A stretch of DNA of 64,000 bases from Alphaproteobacteria bacterium (lineage in GTDB: Bacteria; Pseudomonadota; Alphaproteobacteria; UBA6615), in contig PBMH01000007.1 in NCBI GenBank assembly GCA_002722515.1, positions 2,730-66,729 of the forward strand, in the 5' to 3' direction. This document shows, in pieces, positions 46,851 to 56,953 of the stretch. A program made the translations under genes and the position numbers. How positions within the stretch are numbered: the stretch's first letter is position 1; every line of letters starts with the position of its first letter. Under the pieces are notes generated by a model. That model had not been told where the DNA came from. It did no database searches and worked only from the letters and a program-made list of their open reading frames with translations.

Positions 46851-47190
46851 TTTTGAACCCTGCGTTATTAGTTCATTCGGCTGTTGCTGAAATCCATTTT
46901 ATGGAAATGGGCCGTGTAGGCGTTTATTTGTGCGTATTAGGCACATAATTGTACAAAAAACCATTAAGTCATGACAGTTAGTTGATAAATCTACTATTAG
47001 AAATAAGAGACTTCTTGCTATCGGATGTCATCCGGCCCATCTTCGCGATAATGAAATCTGCTCTCTGACTTCGATTGAGCCGAATTCCGCAATTTCGTTG
47101 CGGCGATACGACCTCCGGAAAAGCAGGCGAAGCTGGTCTCAACACGCAGACATGGTGTTTGCGCGACATACGACGATTGGAAAATTCTAA

Positions 47191-47394
47191 ATGCCTACAG
47201 GTACAGTAAAGTTCTTCAACACCACCCGTGGTTTTGGTTTCATCGCGCCGGATGACGGCGGTAAGGATGTGTTCGTTCACGTGACTGCCGTTGAACAGGC
47301 CGGCATGGGAACCCTGACCGAGGGTCAGAAGGTTAACTTCCAAGTTCAGGACGACCAACGCGGCCCCAAGGCCGTCGATCTGTCGGCCGCCTAA
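47191..47394 (+). CDS. cspA: Cold-shock protein (CspA family)
   Basis: GTVKFFNTTRGFGFI (RNP1) and VFVHV (RNP2). Confidence 0.95.
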   Translation: MPTGTVKFFNTTRGFGFIAPDDGGKDVFVHVTAVEQAGMGTLTEGQKVNFQVQDDQRGPKAVDLSAA

Positions 47395-47406
47395 TTATTT
47401 GATGTT

Positions 47407-47443
47407 CCGGAGGGACCGGGCGCTAGCCCGGTCCGTTCTCCGG
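47407..47443 (+). terminator. Long GC-rich hairpin after cspA
   Basis: CCGGAG-GGACCGGGC-gcta-GCCCGGTCC-gtt-CTCCGG. No clear T-tract follows. Confidence 0.5.
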
Positions 47444-47667
47444 CCATCTCAATGTTCGAGATGAATCTCGAACGAGATAAATACGGCACTGTCGGCGATA
47501 CTTTCGGATAACGAAGGCTAGGCAGGCCATGTTTACTTGTATCTATTTGAGCCAAGGCTGTTGTTCTACCGCTTTGGTAAACCAATCGTTGCAGTCGATT
47601 TGGTGGGGGTATTCTATGCTTCTCACTGTCGACCAGCCTGCGCTGACCAGCTAAGACGGAGGCTATT

Positions 47668-48492
47668 GTGAACAGCACGGCCCGGTCCTTTGAAGCGCCG
47701 ATAGGTTATCTCGTTGATGCAGGAGAGCCTCCTGTCTTCTACCAGTCTGACATCGCGGGCGAGCGAACCAAGTTCGAGGGCGAACGCGAATTTCGTGCGA
47801 TGACCGTTTTCAATGCGCGTCTGTTGCCGAATGATTTCTCGCTTGATGGTGAGGGGTTTGCATTTGTTTCACACACAACCGCCGTTACGGATTTTCAGGA
47901 CGATGACCAGCTGGCTTCTGTCTATAACTCGGAGGCAGAGGCGCTTGTGTGCGCTCATACCGGAGCGTCGCGAGCTTTGGTCTTCGACCACACCCGCCGG
48001 TCGTCGTCCCAGTCCCTTCGTGAGGCTCACAACGCTCGCGATCCGGCAAACGCAGCACATACTGATTACACCGATTGGTCGGCTCGTAAACGGGTTGAAG
48101 ATGTAATGGGAGATGAAGCCGATAAACTTCTCGCTCGCCGGTTTGCTATCGTGAATGTCTGGCGATCCCGAGCGGGTGTGATCGAGGAATGGCCGCTCGC
48201 CCTGTGTGCTTGGGACAGTGTCGACGACGCCCACTTGCACACGGTTGAACGGCGTGCGCACGACCGCGTCGGTCAGACCCGCCATGCCTCCTATGATGCC
48301 CGGAATGAGTGGTTCTATTTCCCGGAAATGGCTCCCAATGAGGCGATCCTTATCAAGAACTACGATACTGCGACTGATGGGCGCGCTCGGTATGCACTGC
48401 ACACGTCCTTCGACGACCCTACCGCATCGGCGGATGCCGCGCCGCGTGAGAGCCTGGAGACTCGGGTCTTCGCATTCTTCGACGAGATTTGA
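47668..48492 (+). CDS. CmcJ/NvfI-like oxygenase-family protein (tentative)
   Basis: Overall pattern (...DFSLDGEGFAFVSHTTAV...VFDHTRR...) is recalled as CmcJ-like. GTG start. Confidence 0.45.
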   Translation: MNSTARSFEAPIGYLVDAGEPPVFYQSDIAGERTKFEGEREFRAMTVFNARLLPNDFSLDGEGFAFVSHTTAVTDFQDDDQLASVYNSEAEALVCAHTGASRALVFDHTRRSSSQSLREAHNARDPANAAHTDYTDWSARKRVEDVMGDEADKLLARRFAIVNVWRSRAGVIEEWPLALCAWDSVDDAHLHTVERRAHDRVGQTRHASYDARNEWFYFPEMAPNEAILIKNYDTATDGRARYALHTSFDDPTASADAAPRESLETRVFAFFDEI

Positions 48493-48526
48493 GCCGAAGG
48501 AAGAAGATAGTTCGTCACACTTGTAT

Positions 48527-49465
48527 TTAGGCAGACTTTCGGTGAACAGCGAATGCTTTCTTCAGCATGTCGGCCACTTGTGCCAGCGCCACGTTTCCTT
48601 GTTCACAGAACCCACCCATGTTGAAGAAACCGTGCACTACGCCGTCGTAGAGCTGGTAATGCACCGGTACACCGGCGTTGCGTAGCTTCGACGCGTAAGC
48701 CTTGCCCTCATCACGTAGCGGGTCGATTTGTGCGGCTATTATTAGAGCCGGCGCGAGTCCTGAGACGTCGGGTTCTAGGATGGGCGAAGCACGAGGGTTC
48801 AGCCGGTGAGCGCCCACATGCATGCCGATAACCCATTGTAGGGTACGATCGTCCAGGAACATCGTTTCCTCGATTCTGCTCGGCGGCAGGCCGCCCATGT
48901 CGATCATCGGATAGATTAGCGCTTGGATTAGGGGTTGGGCGGCGCCTTCACGTTTGGCCTCTTGCGCCACTGCTGCAGCGAGATAACCCCCGCCGCTATC
49001 GCCGGCAATCGCGATATACCCTTTATCGCCACCGATCTCTGCAGCATTCTTCTGCAGCCAAGTGAAGACGGTGAAGCAATCCTCTAGTGGTGCCGGAAAG
49101 GGATTCTCCGGAGCAAGGCGATATGCGGGGACGACGACGACGCAGCCTGCGTCCTCGGCCAGTGCCGTGTTGGTGCCCGCATAATCCTCGGGAGCCATCA
49201 TGCAGCAGCCGCCGCCGTGGAAGTAAGCAACTACGGGGAAGGGGCCTTCGCCGGCCGGGGTGTAGATCTTGGTGCGGATATCGCCAGCGGGTCCCGGTAT
49301 ATGGATTTCGGTGACGGTTACGCCTTCCCTGATTGGCGGGTTGACCTTCTGCCAAAGCTGGCTAAACCCGTAACGGGTCTCCTCAAGGCCCACATCAACC
49401 GGGTGCGGCATACCAAGTTCAACCAGTCCGTCGATGAAAGTCTTGATCTGCGGATCGATATACAT
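48527..49465 (-). CDS. Alpha/beta hydrolase, hormone-sensitive-lipase-like esterase
   Basis: YFHGGGCCM oxyanion motif; GDSGGG nucleophile elbow. Confidence 0.85.
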   Translation of the reverse strand: MYIDPQIKTFIDGLVELGMPHPVDVGLEETRYGFSQLWQKVNPPIREGVTVTEIHIPGPAGDIRTKIYTPAGEGPFPVVAYFHGGGCCMMAPEDYAGTNTALAEDAGCVVVVPAYRLAPENPFPAPLEDCFTVFTWLQKNAAEIGGDKGYIAIAGDSGGGYLAAAVAQEAKREGAAQPLIQALIYPMIDMGGLPPSRIEETMFLDDRTLQWVIGMHVGAHRLNPRASPILEPDVSGLAPALIIAAQIDPLRDEGKAYASKLRNAGVPVHYQLYDGVVHGFFNMGGFCEQGNVALAQVADMLKKAFAVHRKSA

Positions 49466-49536
49466 GGCGAGTTCCCCCCACTTTTTCTTTCTTGCATTAG
49501 AGGCATCACAGTTACCACCCGTTGAACGCGCGTTAT

Positions 49537-50775
49537 CTAGTAGGGTTTCACCTCGGCCTGCCCCAGAGAATTGATGAGCACGGACTCATTCGGTGCGGGT
49601 TTGTCGTTGACCCGGTCGAGACACCAATCCGCGAGCATCGTATACCAGTTCTCGCCTAGATATGCGGCTGAGCCACCGCCGATCGCGTGTCGTTCACCCT
49701 CGTAGAAGACGAGTTTCTTGGGCACGTTCAGTTTATTGACGAAATCTTCAGAGCATTCGACTGGGCTGAGCTCTTCGTCCTGTCCTCCCTGCACGAGGAT
49801 TGGGCATTTGATTTGTTCGACGATGGGGTCGAGCGAGAACTCGCTTATGAATTTGTCGAACTCGTTCTCATCGTCGTAGTCAGCCATGAACATGAAACGC
49901 AGTTTAAAAGTCGGAGCCGCCATGTTGAAAATCGTGTAGCAGCCAGGCTCGTGACATACGAACGACAGAGCCGCCCCTTTGACCTTGTCGCCGAGCTGGG
50001 CGGCCGCCTGTGCACCGAAAAAGGATCCGAAGCTTATACCGAATATAACCAGCCGATCTTTGTCGATATGGGGATGCTGGATTAGCCAGTCATAGACTGC
50101 TTGGGCTGCCTCCATATGGTTGTCTTTGGTAACGTAAAGGCCGTTGACGGGGCATTCGCCTTGTCCTGGCCCGTCATAGACGAAGCTAGCCATGCCGCGC
50201 TCGAGCATTTTGTCTCCATACATGGAGCACATGATTTCCTTTGAGCCGTCCATACCGTCGATGCCGATGGCACAGGGGAATTTTTCACCGTCTTTGGGTT
50301 CGTGGGGCAGGGCGAGGAAACCTGGTAGCACGCCGTCACCGAAGGGTATCTCTACGCGTTCGATTGGGCGGGGTGCAAACTCGATATACTTGTCGTAGCA
50401 ATCGACCATGCGCCGGTTATAGTCTTTGTGTAGGTTATTCCCCTCGAAGATGGGCCAGCGAGCGGCCGAGTAGAGCAGAGAAGCGATGAAGTAGCTTTCT
50501 CTGGCCGAAACGAGGCGGTCTTCAGCTTCAAAAGCTATCGCCTTGAGTTCGCGGCGTTTTGCAGCACCTGCAAATTCTCGGTGCATGTCTGCGAATTTCT
50601 TGGTGCGCATGCCGACGGTGCGGAAGTCACCGACAGCGTCGGGGCCGCAAGGATACATGGTGTAGCCTAGGCGGGGCTGATCCCATTCCATGCCAACCGA
50701 CGAGATAATAGCATCAAGAATCCAGCGTTGCTCTGCAAAACGTTTCATTTTCTGCTCGGTAAAGGCGCGCATCAT
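49537..50775 (-). CDS. Alpha/beta hydrolase with an N-terminal helical domain (DHPON-hydrolase/FrsA-like), distant paralog of 38179..39387
   Basis: PIERVEIPFGDGVLPGFLALP..., nucleophile elbow GISFGS. Confidence 0.6.
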   Translation of the reverse strand: MMRAFTEQKMKRFAEQRWILDAIISSVGMEWDQPRLGYTMYPCGPDAVGDFRTVGMRTKKFADMHREFAGAAKRRELKAIAFEAEDRLVSARESYFIASLLYSAARWPIFEGNNLHKDYNRRMVDCYDKYIEFAPRPIERVEIPFGDGVLPGFLALPHEPKDGEKFPCAIGIDGMDGSKEIMCSMYGDKMLERGMASFVYDGPGQGECPVNGLYVTKDNHMEAAQAVYDWLIQHPHIDKDRLVIFGISFGSFFGAQAAAQLGDKVKGAALSFVCHEPGCYTIFNMAAPTFKLRFMFMADYDDENEFDKFISEFSLDPIVEQIKCPILVQGGQDEELSPVECSEDFVNKLNVPKKLVFYEGERHAIGGGSAAYLGENWYTMLADWCLDRVNDKPAPNESVLINSLGQAEVKPY

Positions 50776-50948
50776 GGTTGTTTCCCCCTCTGAGGTGCGA
50801 TTATCAGAGAATTATCTGACCATAGGGCGGACACTTTGTCTTTATGAAATATTCTCTGTAGCGCCGCAGCCATGGTTGCTCGCTCCGACTGCAAAGATCG
50901 GCTAGCATGCTTGATACTCTCGTAGCCGTTCTAAGTGGAGAATCATTC

Positions 50949-52031
50949 ATGCGTACGCCCGCCGCCGTCCGTCACCAAGAGATGAATTCTGGAAAGATCC
51001 CGGGATTGTTCCTGAAGCAGTTTCAGATGTCGAATATCAAAAAGGGAGAGACTGTAGCTTTGCTCTCGGACGTCACGACGCGCACTGAATATGTTGAGGC
51101 GGCGTTCGCTGCGGCTGATGAGATAGAAGCGGACTGCTATGAAATCCGCGTGAATATGATTCCGTCCTGGACGAAGGTCGGGGTCGATACGATCGGTCAA
51201 ATCAGCGGTATGCTCGACGCACTTAAGGCTGCTGATATTGTGGTTGCGCTGCACATACCGCTGTTCACCAGCTGGCTACGCGATGTGATGGCCACCGGCA
51301 CGCGGTTTCTTATGATCATCGACGCGCCCGACGATCTTGAGTTGTTGCTGGCACCAAAGGGTCTGAAGGAGGCCGTGAAGTACGCCGACGAGCGCTATAC
51401 GGCGGCGAAGGAGGTTCGGGTCCTGAGTGATGCCGGCACCGATCTCACCTATACCCGCGGCGAATTTCCGGTGATGAGCCAGTGGGGCTATTCCGACGAG
51501 CCGGGTCATTTTGACCAATGGGGCGTGGGGCATATCCACACCTTCCCAGACGAAGGATCGGCGAATGGAACGGTCGTATTTGCGCCGGGCGATATTGTTA
51601 TTCTGCCCTATTGCCGATACGTGCAGGATGAGGTTCGGCTGGAGGTGCGTGACGGATTCATTAGGAAGGTTGTGGGTGGCTTGGATGCCAAGCTGATGAC
51701 CGACTGGCTGGATGACAACAAGCTCTCCGAAGACGATCTGGATCCGTATGCGGTGTCGCATCTGGGCTGGGGCATGAACCCACAAGCCCGGTGGTATAAT
51801 ATCGCGCTACATGGCGATAGTCCGGAACGGTCCCACGCGTCAGCGCGAGCGTTCCCGGGTAACTTCCTTTTCTCGACTGGGCCGAACACACAGGGTGGCG
51901 GATCGCGAAGCACCAATGGTCACTATGATGTACCGATGCGCGATTGCACAGTCATTCTGGATAACGAGATTGTGATAGAGCGCGGGGTAATTATCGATAA
52001 TCAGATGATTGTTGGGCGCGAGACCCGCTGA
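50949..52031 (+). CDS. 2,5-dihydroxypyridine 5,6-dioxygenase (NicX)-like protein
   Basis: C-terminal FPGNFLFSTGPNTQGGGSRSTNGHYDVPMRDCTVILD closely resembles the NicX C-terminus as I recall it. ATG at 50949 preceded by GGAGA (the longer ORF starts at 50907). Confidence 0.55.
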   Translation: MRTPAAVRHQEMNSGKIPGLFLKQFQMSNIKKGETVALLSDVTTRTEYVEAAFAAADEIEADCYEIRVNMIPSWTKVGVDTIGQISGMLDALKAADIVVALHIPLFTSWLRDVMATGTRFLMIIDAPDDLELLLAPKGLKEAVKYADERYTAAKEVRVLSDAGTDLTYTRGEFPVMSQWGYSDEPGHFDQWGVGHIHTFPDEGSANGTVVFAPGDIVILPYCRYVQDEVRLEVRDGFIRKVVGGLDAKLMTDWLDDNKLSEDDLDPYAVSHLGWGMNPQARWYNIALHGDSPERSHASARAFPGNFLFSTGPNTQGGGSRSTNGHYDVPMRDCTVILDNEIVIERGVIIDNQMIVGRETR

Positions 52032-52867
52032 TGGGATTACGTGATTACGATACCTATCCGCCGCAAGAGCCGTTTTCGGAGATTGGCAGAAAATACCACC
52101 TTCGAGTTCAGGAACTTGGTGCCGGCGTGCCCGGTGAAGCCTTCGCCTATGGTGACGATCCCTATCAGGAGGTCGCGGTGTTTGTGTCGCCAAATCCAAA
52201 TGGTGCGGTGGTCGCGTTTATGCATGGTGGAGGTTGGACAAACGGTTACAAAGAGTGGCTGGCATTCATGGCTCCGCCGCTGACGGCTGCGGGGATCACT
52301 TTCGTTAGCATGGGTTATCGCCTCGCCCCGGCGGCGACTTGGCCCGCAGGTGTCGAAGATGCGGCCGCCGGGATCGCATGGGTGTATGCGAATATTGCCG
52401 AACATGGTGGTAACCCCGATCGCATCTTCGTCGGTGGCCACTCGGCGGGTGGGCACCAGGCGAGCTGGCTAGCGGTGCGGTCTGACTGGCAACAGTTGGT
52501 GGGCGTACCCGGCAATGTCATCCGCGGTGCGTTGCCGGTCTCGGGTGTTTACGATTTCACCGAAGGCAACGGTATGCCGTTACGCCCGCGTTTTCTCGGT
52601 GACGGATCGGCCAACGCCAAAGATGCGAGCCCTATCCGAAGCATCGCCAACACACCGCCATTCCTGATGGCATGGGGTGATGCGGACTTTCCCCATCTCA
52701 TTGTTCAAGGTGAAGCGATGGCGGACGCACTAAGGTCCTCAGGTGCTGAGGTGGAAACCGTTTGTCTCACCGGGTGCGACCATCTCGAGGCCTCATATGC
52801 CTGTGGTGACCCGGAGGCCTTGTGGATTATTAATTTGTTGGCTTGGATAGAGAACAATCGGGATTAG
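52031..52867 (+). CDS. Alpha/beta hydrolase (arylformamidase/esterase-like)
   Basis: MHGGGW and GHSAGG motifs. TGATG overlap with the NicX-like gene. Confidence 0.75.
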   Translation: MGLRDYDTYPPQEPFSEIGRKYHLRVQELGAGVPGEAFAYGDDPYQEVAVFVSPNPNGAVVAFMHGGGWTNGYKEWLAFMAPPLTAAGITFVSMGYRLAPAATWPAGVEDAAAGIAWVYANIAEHGGNPDRIFVGGHSAGGHQASWLAVRSDWQQLVGVPGNVIRGALPVSGVYDFTEGNGMPLRPRFLGDGSANAKDASPIRSIANTPPFLMAWGDADFPHLIVQGEAMADALRSSGAEVETVCLTGCDHLEASYACGDPEALWIINLLAWIENNRD

Positions 52868-52930
52868 ATTGTTCTATTTTAAATCTTGGGATTTTCAGCT
52901 GGTTCGGTTGGTCGCTGTTCGCGATTCCGC

Positions 52931-53587
52931 CTAGGAGGGAATCAGGTCCGGCATGATGTCCTCTAACGCGTCGGCGACTATACCAGCGGCGGTTTCTGCT
53001 AGGAATCGAATATCCTCACGCTCGCTCGCTAGGCTCGATAGCCAGTGAAGGTGGGCGAGTGCGAAGCCGTCGCCTGCATTAGCCCAGATATCGTCAGGCT
53101 CGAGATCAACATCATTCAGATCACACACGCGCATTGCGAACGGGGGTGGGCCTAGATGTGCGATCCACGGCATCAGGTCCGTGTCGCAGCTCTCGCTGTC
53201 ATGAAATATCCCGGCTACGAAGCCAACCGGTACATCCTCGGGCTGCAACTCCGCAGATGACGGGTTGAATGGACGTGCAGGCAGAGCCAGTAGGCGGGTG
53301 ACATCCTCGTGCTGTATCGTTTTGATACCCATCGCTACCACTTGGGCCACCTCACGCGGATCTGCCGGGCGTGGTTCGACAAAGATTAGGTTGCCAACGG
53401 CATAGCGGTTGTCGTCTTCGAGTGGGAAATAGAGATCGTTCAAATCGCCGGACGGCATCAAGTCCTCGGGTCTATGGATCACCCGAAGAAAGAAGGTTGG
53501 TTCCTCAATATGGATTAGCCAGATATCATCGCCGTCCTCGGCGAATTCGGGCCACCCGAACAAACGTCCAACTATAAAATGTGCCAT
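52931..53587 (-). CDS. Hypothetical acidic protein
   Basis: ORF only. The internal ATG at 53585..53587 is preferred because the longer ORF overlaps the divergent gene. Confidence 0.4.
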   Translation of the reverse strand: MAHFIVGRLFGWPEFAEDGDDIWLIHIEEPTFFLRVIHRPEDLMPSGDLNDLYFPLEDDNRYAVGNLIFVEPRPADPREVAQVVAMGIKTIQHEDVTRLLALPARPFNPSSAELQPEDVPVGFVAGIFHDSESCDTDLMPWIAHLGPPPFAMRVCDLNDVDLEPDDIWANAGDGFALAHLHWLSSLASEREDIRFLAETAAGIVADALEDIMPDLIPS

Positions 53588-53688
53588 GCGCTCTGGGTGC
53601 CAGATGCTCCCGCGCGACGCAAGCGAAACAAGGGTTGCCGACGAGCCCTCGTTCCTAGAAAGATACTGAAAAAGGGGGAGTGAAAACG

Positions 53689-54726
53689 ATGAAAGCCCAA
53701 ATTCTGCATAAGGCGGGTGTGCCATTTAGCTTGGAAGACGTGCCCGATCCCGAGCCGGGACCCGGCGAGGCCGTAGCAAAAGTGCTCGCCTGCGGGGCGG
53801 GTCTTACCATCCATCACGTGCGCGCTGGGCGTGCTGCCGCAGAGTTCCCGATAATCATTGGGCATGAGATTACAGGTGAGATAGTTGAGGTGGGGGCTGG
53901 CGGCGACACTGGTGGGTTGAAGGTGGGCGACCCCGTCACTTCCTATTTCTATCTGACCGACGGCGAGGACAAGTGGACCCGTCTCGGCCATGATCCGATT
54001 TCGAACGCCAATGCTGGCTATATTGGCCGCCAAATCCACGGTGGGTATGCGGAGTTCATCAAGCTTCCGGTGCGCAACTTCGTCAAGCTACCCGAGGAGC
54101 TTGACTGGAAGGGTAAACCGGCTGACGTGGGGGTAATCACAGACGCGATCGCCACTCCCTACAAAGTGCTGTCGCGCGCCCGCGTCGCGCCAACCGACAC
54201 GGTCGCAGTGTTCGGCGCGGGCGGCGGCCTAGGTGTGCATCAGATCATGATGGCGAAATGGGCTCATGCTCGGGTTGTCGCTGTTGACGTGATGGCCGAC
54301 AAGCTCGAGGTCTGCAAGGAGTTGGGTGCCGACATGGTGGTCGACGCTTCTGGCGACAGCGTGGTTGAGGAGATACTGGACCTTACCGATGGCGCGGGTG
54401 TCGATGTGGCCATTGACTATGTCTCGACCCAGTCGACCGCCGAACAGGCAGTAGGCAGCCTAGGAATTCGTGGGCGGTTTGTTACCCTCGGTGGTGCCGG
54501 GCAACCCTTTACCGCGCCGGCGCCAGCGATGTTGGCTAAGGAACTCGAGCTTCTTGGCAGCCGCTACTGCACCCGCCAGCAGGTGGTCGAGTCCCTTGAG
54601 CTATGTGCGCGCGGTGACGTCTGGCCCCTAGTTACCGAGACTTATCCGCTGGCTGAGGCCGAGACGGTGCACGCTCGACTCGACCAGGGGCTGGTCACCG
54701 GCCGAGCAGCCCTGGTGATGGAGTAG
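53689..54726 (+). CDS. Zinc-binding alcohol dehydrogenase (MDR family)
   Basis: GHEITGEIVEVG; GAGGGLG Rossmann motif. ATG at 53689 follows AAGGGGGA. Confidence 0.85.
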   Translation: MKAQILHKAGVPFSLEDVPDPEPGPGEAVAKVLACGAGLTIHHVRAGRAAAEFPIIIGHEITGEIVEVGAGGDTGGLKVGDPVTSYFYLTDGEDKWTRLGHDPISNANAGYIGRQIHGGYAEFIKLPVRNFVKLPEELDWKGKPADVGVITDAIATPYKVLSRARVAPTDTVAVFGAGGGLGVHQIMMAKWAHARVVAVDVMADKLEVCKELGADMVVDASGDSVVEEILDLTDGAGVDVAIDYVSTQSTAEQAVGSLGIRGRFVTLGGAGQPFTAPAPAMLAKELELLGSRYCTRQQVVESLELCARGDVWPLVTETYPLAEAETVHARLDQGLVTGRAALVME

Positions 54727-55605
54727 TCAGTTAGCCTTAATTGGGTTGCTCAGGAGCCCAATCTTTGTGACCTCAACCTCAATCGTGTCGCCATCCTTCA
54801 TCCACAAAGGCGGTGTGCGCCCTAGGCCGGCGCCGCTCGGCGTGCCGGTTGCTATCACGTCGCCCGGTACTAGTTCGGTGAAGCTCGAGATATAAGCAAT
54901 GAGTTTCGGGATCGAAAAGATCAGGTCATCGATCCCGGTGTGCTGCACCACTTCGCCGTTGAGCCGGGTCTCTAGGGTTAGTTCGGCCGGCTCGGGTATC
55001 TCGTCTGCTGATACAATGCAGGGTCCGAAGGCGCCCGACTGGAAGAAGTTCTTCCCTGGCATATATTGCGAGGAGTGGCGCTGATAGTCACGAAGTGTTG
55101 CGTCGTTGTAGATCGAGTACCCGCCTACGTAGCTAAGCGCGTCGGCCTCCGAGACCCGGCGTGCGGTCTTGCCTATGATGGCGGCAAGTTCGCCCTCATA
55201 ATCAAACTTTTCGGATTCTTGAGGCAGCAGGATCGGGTGGTCATGGGGCACATGGCTGTTGGGCCATCGCGCGAAGAGGGTTGGGTGATCGGGAAGATCG
55301 ACACCGGCTTCTTTGGCATGTTCGCGGTAGTTCCAGCCGACGCAGATGATCTTGTCAGGGTTGCGGATTGGCTCGAGCAGGGTGATGTCGGAGGCAGGGA
55401 AGTCGGCGGCCTTGCCAACGGTGCCGCCGAACCCAGTATTAATGTATTCGGCGACCTTGGCCTTGGCCGCGTCGTCAGCTGCCATATAGTCGCGTAGGGT
55501 TGGGATACTGGTCCCGAACTCGGCGCCCAGGTCGATCACGCCGCCGTCAGCAGCATAGGTACCCCAAGAATCTCGATTAACTACTCGATAACTGATGAAC
55601 TTCAC
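54727..55605 (-). CDS. Fumarylacetoacetate hydrolase family protein
   Basis: KIICVGWNYREHA...DYEGELAAIIGK...GDVIATGTPSGAG. Confidence 0.88.
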   Translation of the reverse strand: MKFISYRVVNRDSWGTYAADGGVIDLGAEFGTSIPTLRDYMAADDAAKAKVAEYINTGFGGTVGKAADFPASDITLLEPIRNPDKIICVGWNYREHAKEAGVDLPDHPTLFARWPNSHVPHDHPILLPQESEKFDYEGELAAIIGKTARRVSEADALSYVGGYSIYNDATLRDYQRHSSQYMPGKNFFQSGAFGPCIVSADEIPEPAELTLETRLNGEVVQHTGIDDLIFSIPKLIAYISSFTELVPGDVIATGTPSGAGLGRTPPLWMKDGDTIEVEVTKIGLLSNPIKAN

Positions 55606-55638
55606 GACATCCCCCGTTAGATAGTCCGATTTTTATAT

Positions 55639-56796
55639 TTAGCTGCTCGCGGCTGCCCGCAACATGTTGCGGGCAATCACGATTTGTTGGATTTGTGACG
55701 TTCCCTCGTAGATACGCAATAAACGAACGTCCCGATAGAAACGTTCTATCGGGTACTCTGCCATGTATCCAGCACCGCCGAAAATTTGTACGGCCCGGTC
55801 GGCAACCCGCCCGACCATCTCGGTACAGTAGAGTTTACAGCAGGCTGCTTCCGTAACTATGTTCTCGCCGGCATCGAAGCGGCGGCCGGCATCCTCGACC
55901 ATCGTCCTGCCGGCGTAGGCCTCAGTCCGGCTATCGGCCAGCATTGCTTGAATGAGCTGGAATTCGCCGATCGGTTTACCGAACTGCTGGCGTTCGCAGG
56001 CGTATTGCACGCACTCTTCGATAAGGCGTTCCGCAATGCCCGTGGCGATTGCACCCATGTGCAGTCTCCCGCGATCAAGAACTTTCATCGCGGTCTTGAA
56101 ACCACGGCCCTCGACGCCACCGATCAGGTTAGAGGCGGGTACCCGACAATCGTCGAACACGACGTCGGCCGTGTGAGCTCCCTGTTGACCCATTTTCTTG
56201 TCATGGGGCCCAACAGATAGGCCAGGGGTTTTGCGCTCGACTATGAATGCTGATACGCCGCGCGCGCCAGGCTCGTCCGGGTTGGTGCGTGCCATAACGG
56301 TGAAGATACCCGCATGGGGAGCGTTGGTAATGTAGCGTTTGGTGCCGTTGAGAACGTATTCGCCTCCATCGCGTCGCGCGGAGGTACGCAGCGCTCCGGC
56401 ATCCGAACCGGCCTCGGGTTCGGTTAGAGCGAAGGAGGCGATGATGTCACCGCTGGCAAGCTTTGGTAACCAGTGGGTCTTCTGTTCGTCGGTTCCATCG
56501 ATGACGATGCCCTGTGAGCCGATACCCACATTGGTGCCAAAGACTGAGCGGAACGCGGGCGAGGTCCAGCCTAGTTCATGAACAACGCGAACCTCATCCG
56601 AGACGGATAAACCGAGCCCGCCATACGCCACAGGAATAGACAGCCCGAAAAGCCCCATCTCGCGCATCTCTGTGATGATATCTTCTGGTACAGCGTCGTT
56701 TTCTGCGACCTCGGCCTCGCGTGGCACCAAACGTTCGCGGACGTAACGGCGGATTGTTTCGAGAAGCTGGGTACGGGTTTTTTTATCGAGTGCCAT
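55639..56796 (-). CDS. Acyl-CoA dehydrogenase
   Basis: FALTEPEAGSD...YITNA...QIFGGAGY...RIYEGTSQIQ. Confidence 0.92.
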   Translation of the reverse strand: MALDKKTRTQLLETIRRYVRERLVPREAEVAENDAVPEDIITEMREMGLFGLSIPVAYGGLGLSVSDEVRVVHELGWTSPAFRSVFGTNVGIGSQGIVIDGTDEQKTHWLPKLASGDIIASFALTEPEAGSDAGALRTSARRDGGEYVLNGTKRYITNAPHAGIFTVMARTNPDEPGARGVSAFIVERKTPGLSVGPHDKKMGQQGAHTADVVFDDCRVPASNLIGGVEGRGFKTAMKVLDRGRLHMGAIATGIAERLIEECVQYACERQQFGKPIGEFQLIQAMLADSRTEAYAGRTMVEDAGRRFDAGENIVTEAACCKLYCTEMVGRVADRAVQIFGGAGYMAEYPIERFYRDVRLLRIYEGTSQIQQIVIARNMLRAAASS

Positions 56797-56953
56797 CGAA
56801 TCTACTCTTGTTTGAATGGGGCCTTGGGTATTTATATGTCCATTGGGTACGAAAGTTCACCCGCCGCTGGTTAATTTGGCCATTATTCGAGACGCTGCGA
56901 TACCTTCGGCGCTTTGGTACGTAATTGTGTCAATTGATTAGAGAGGACGCCCG

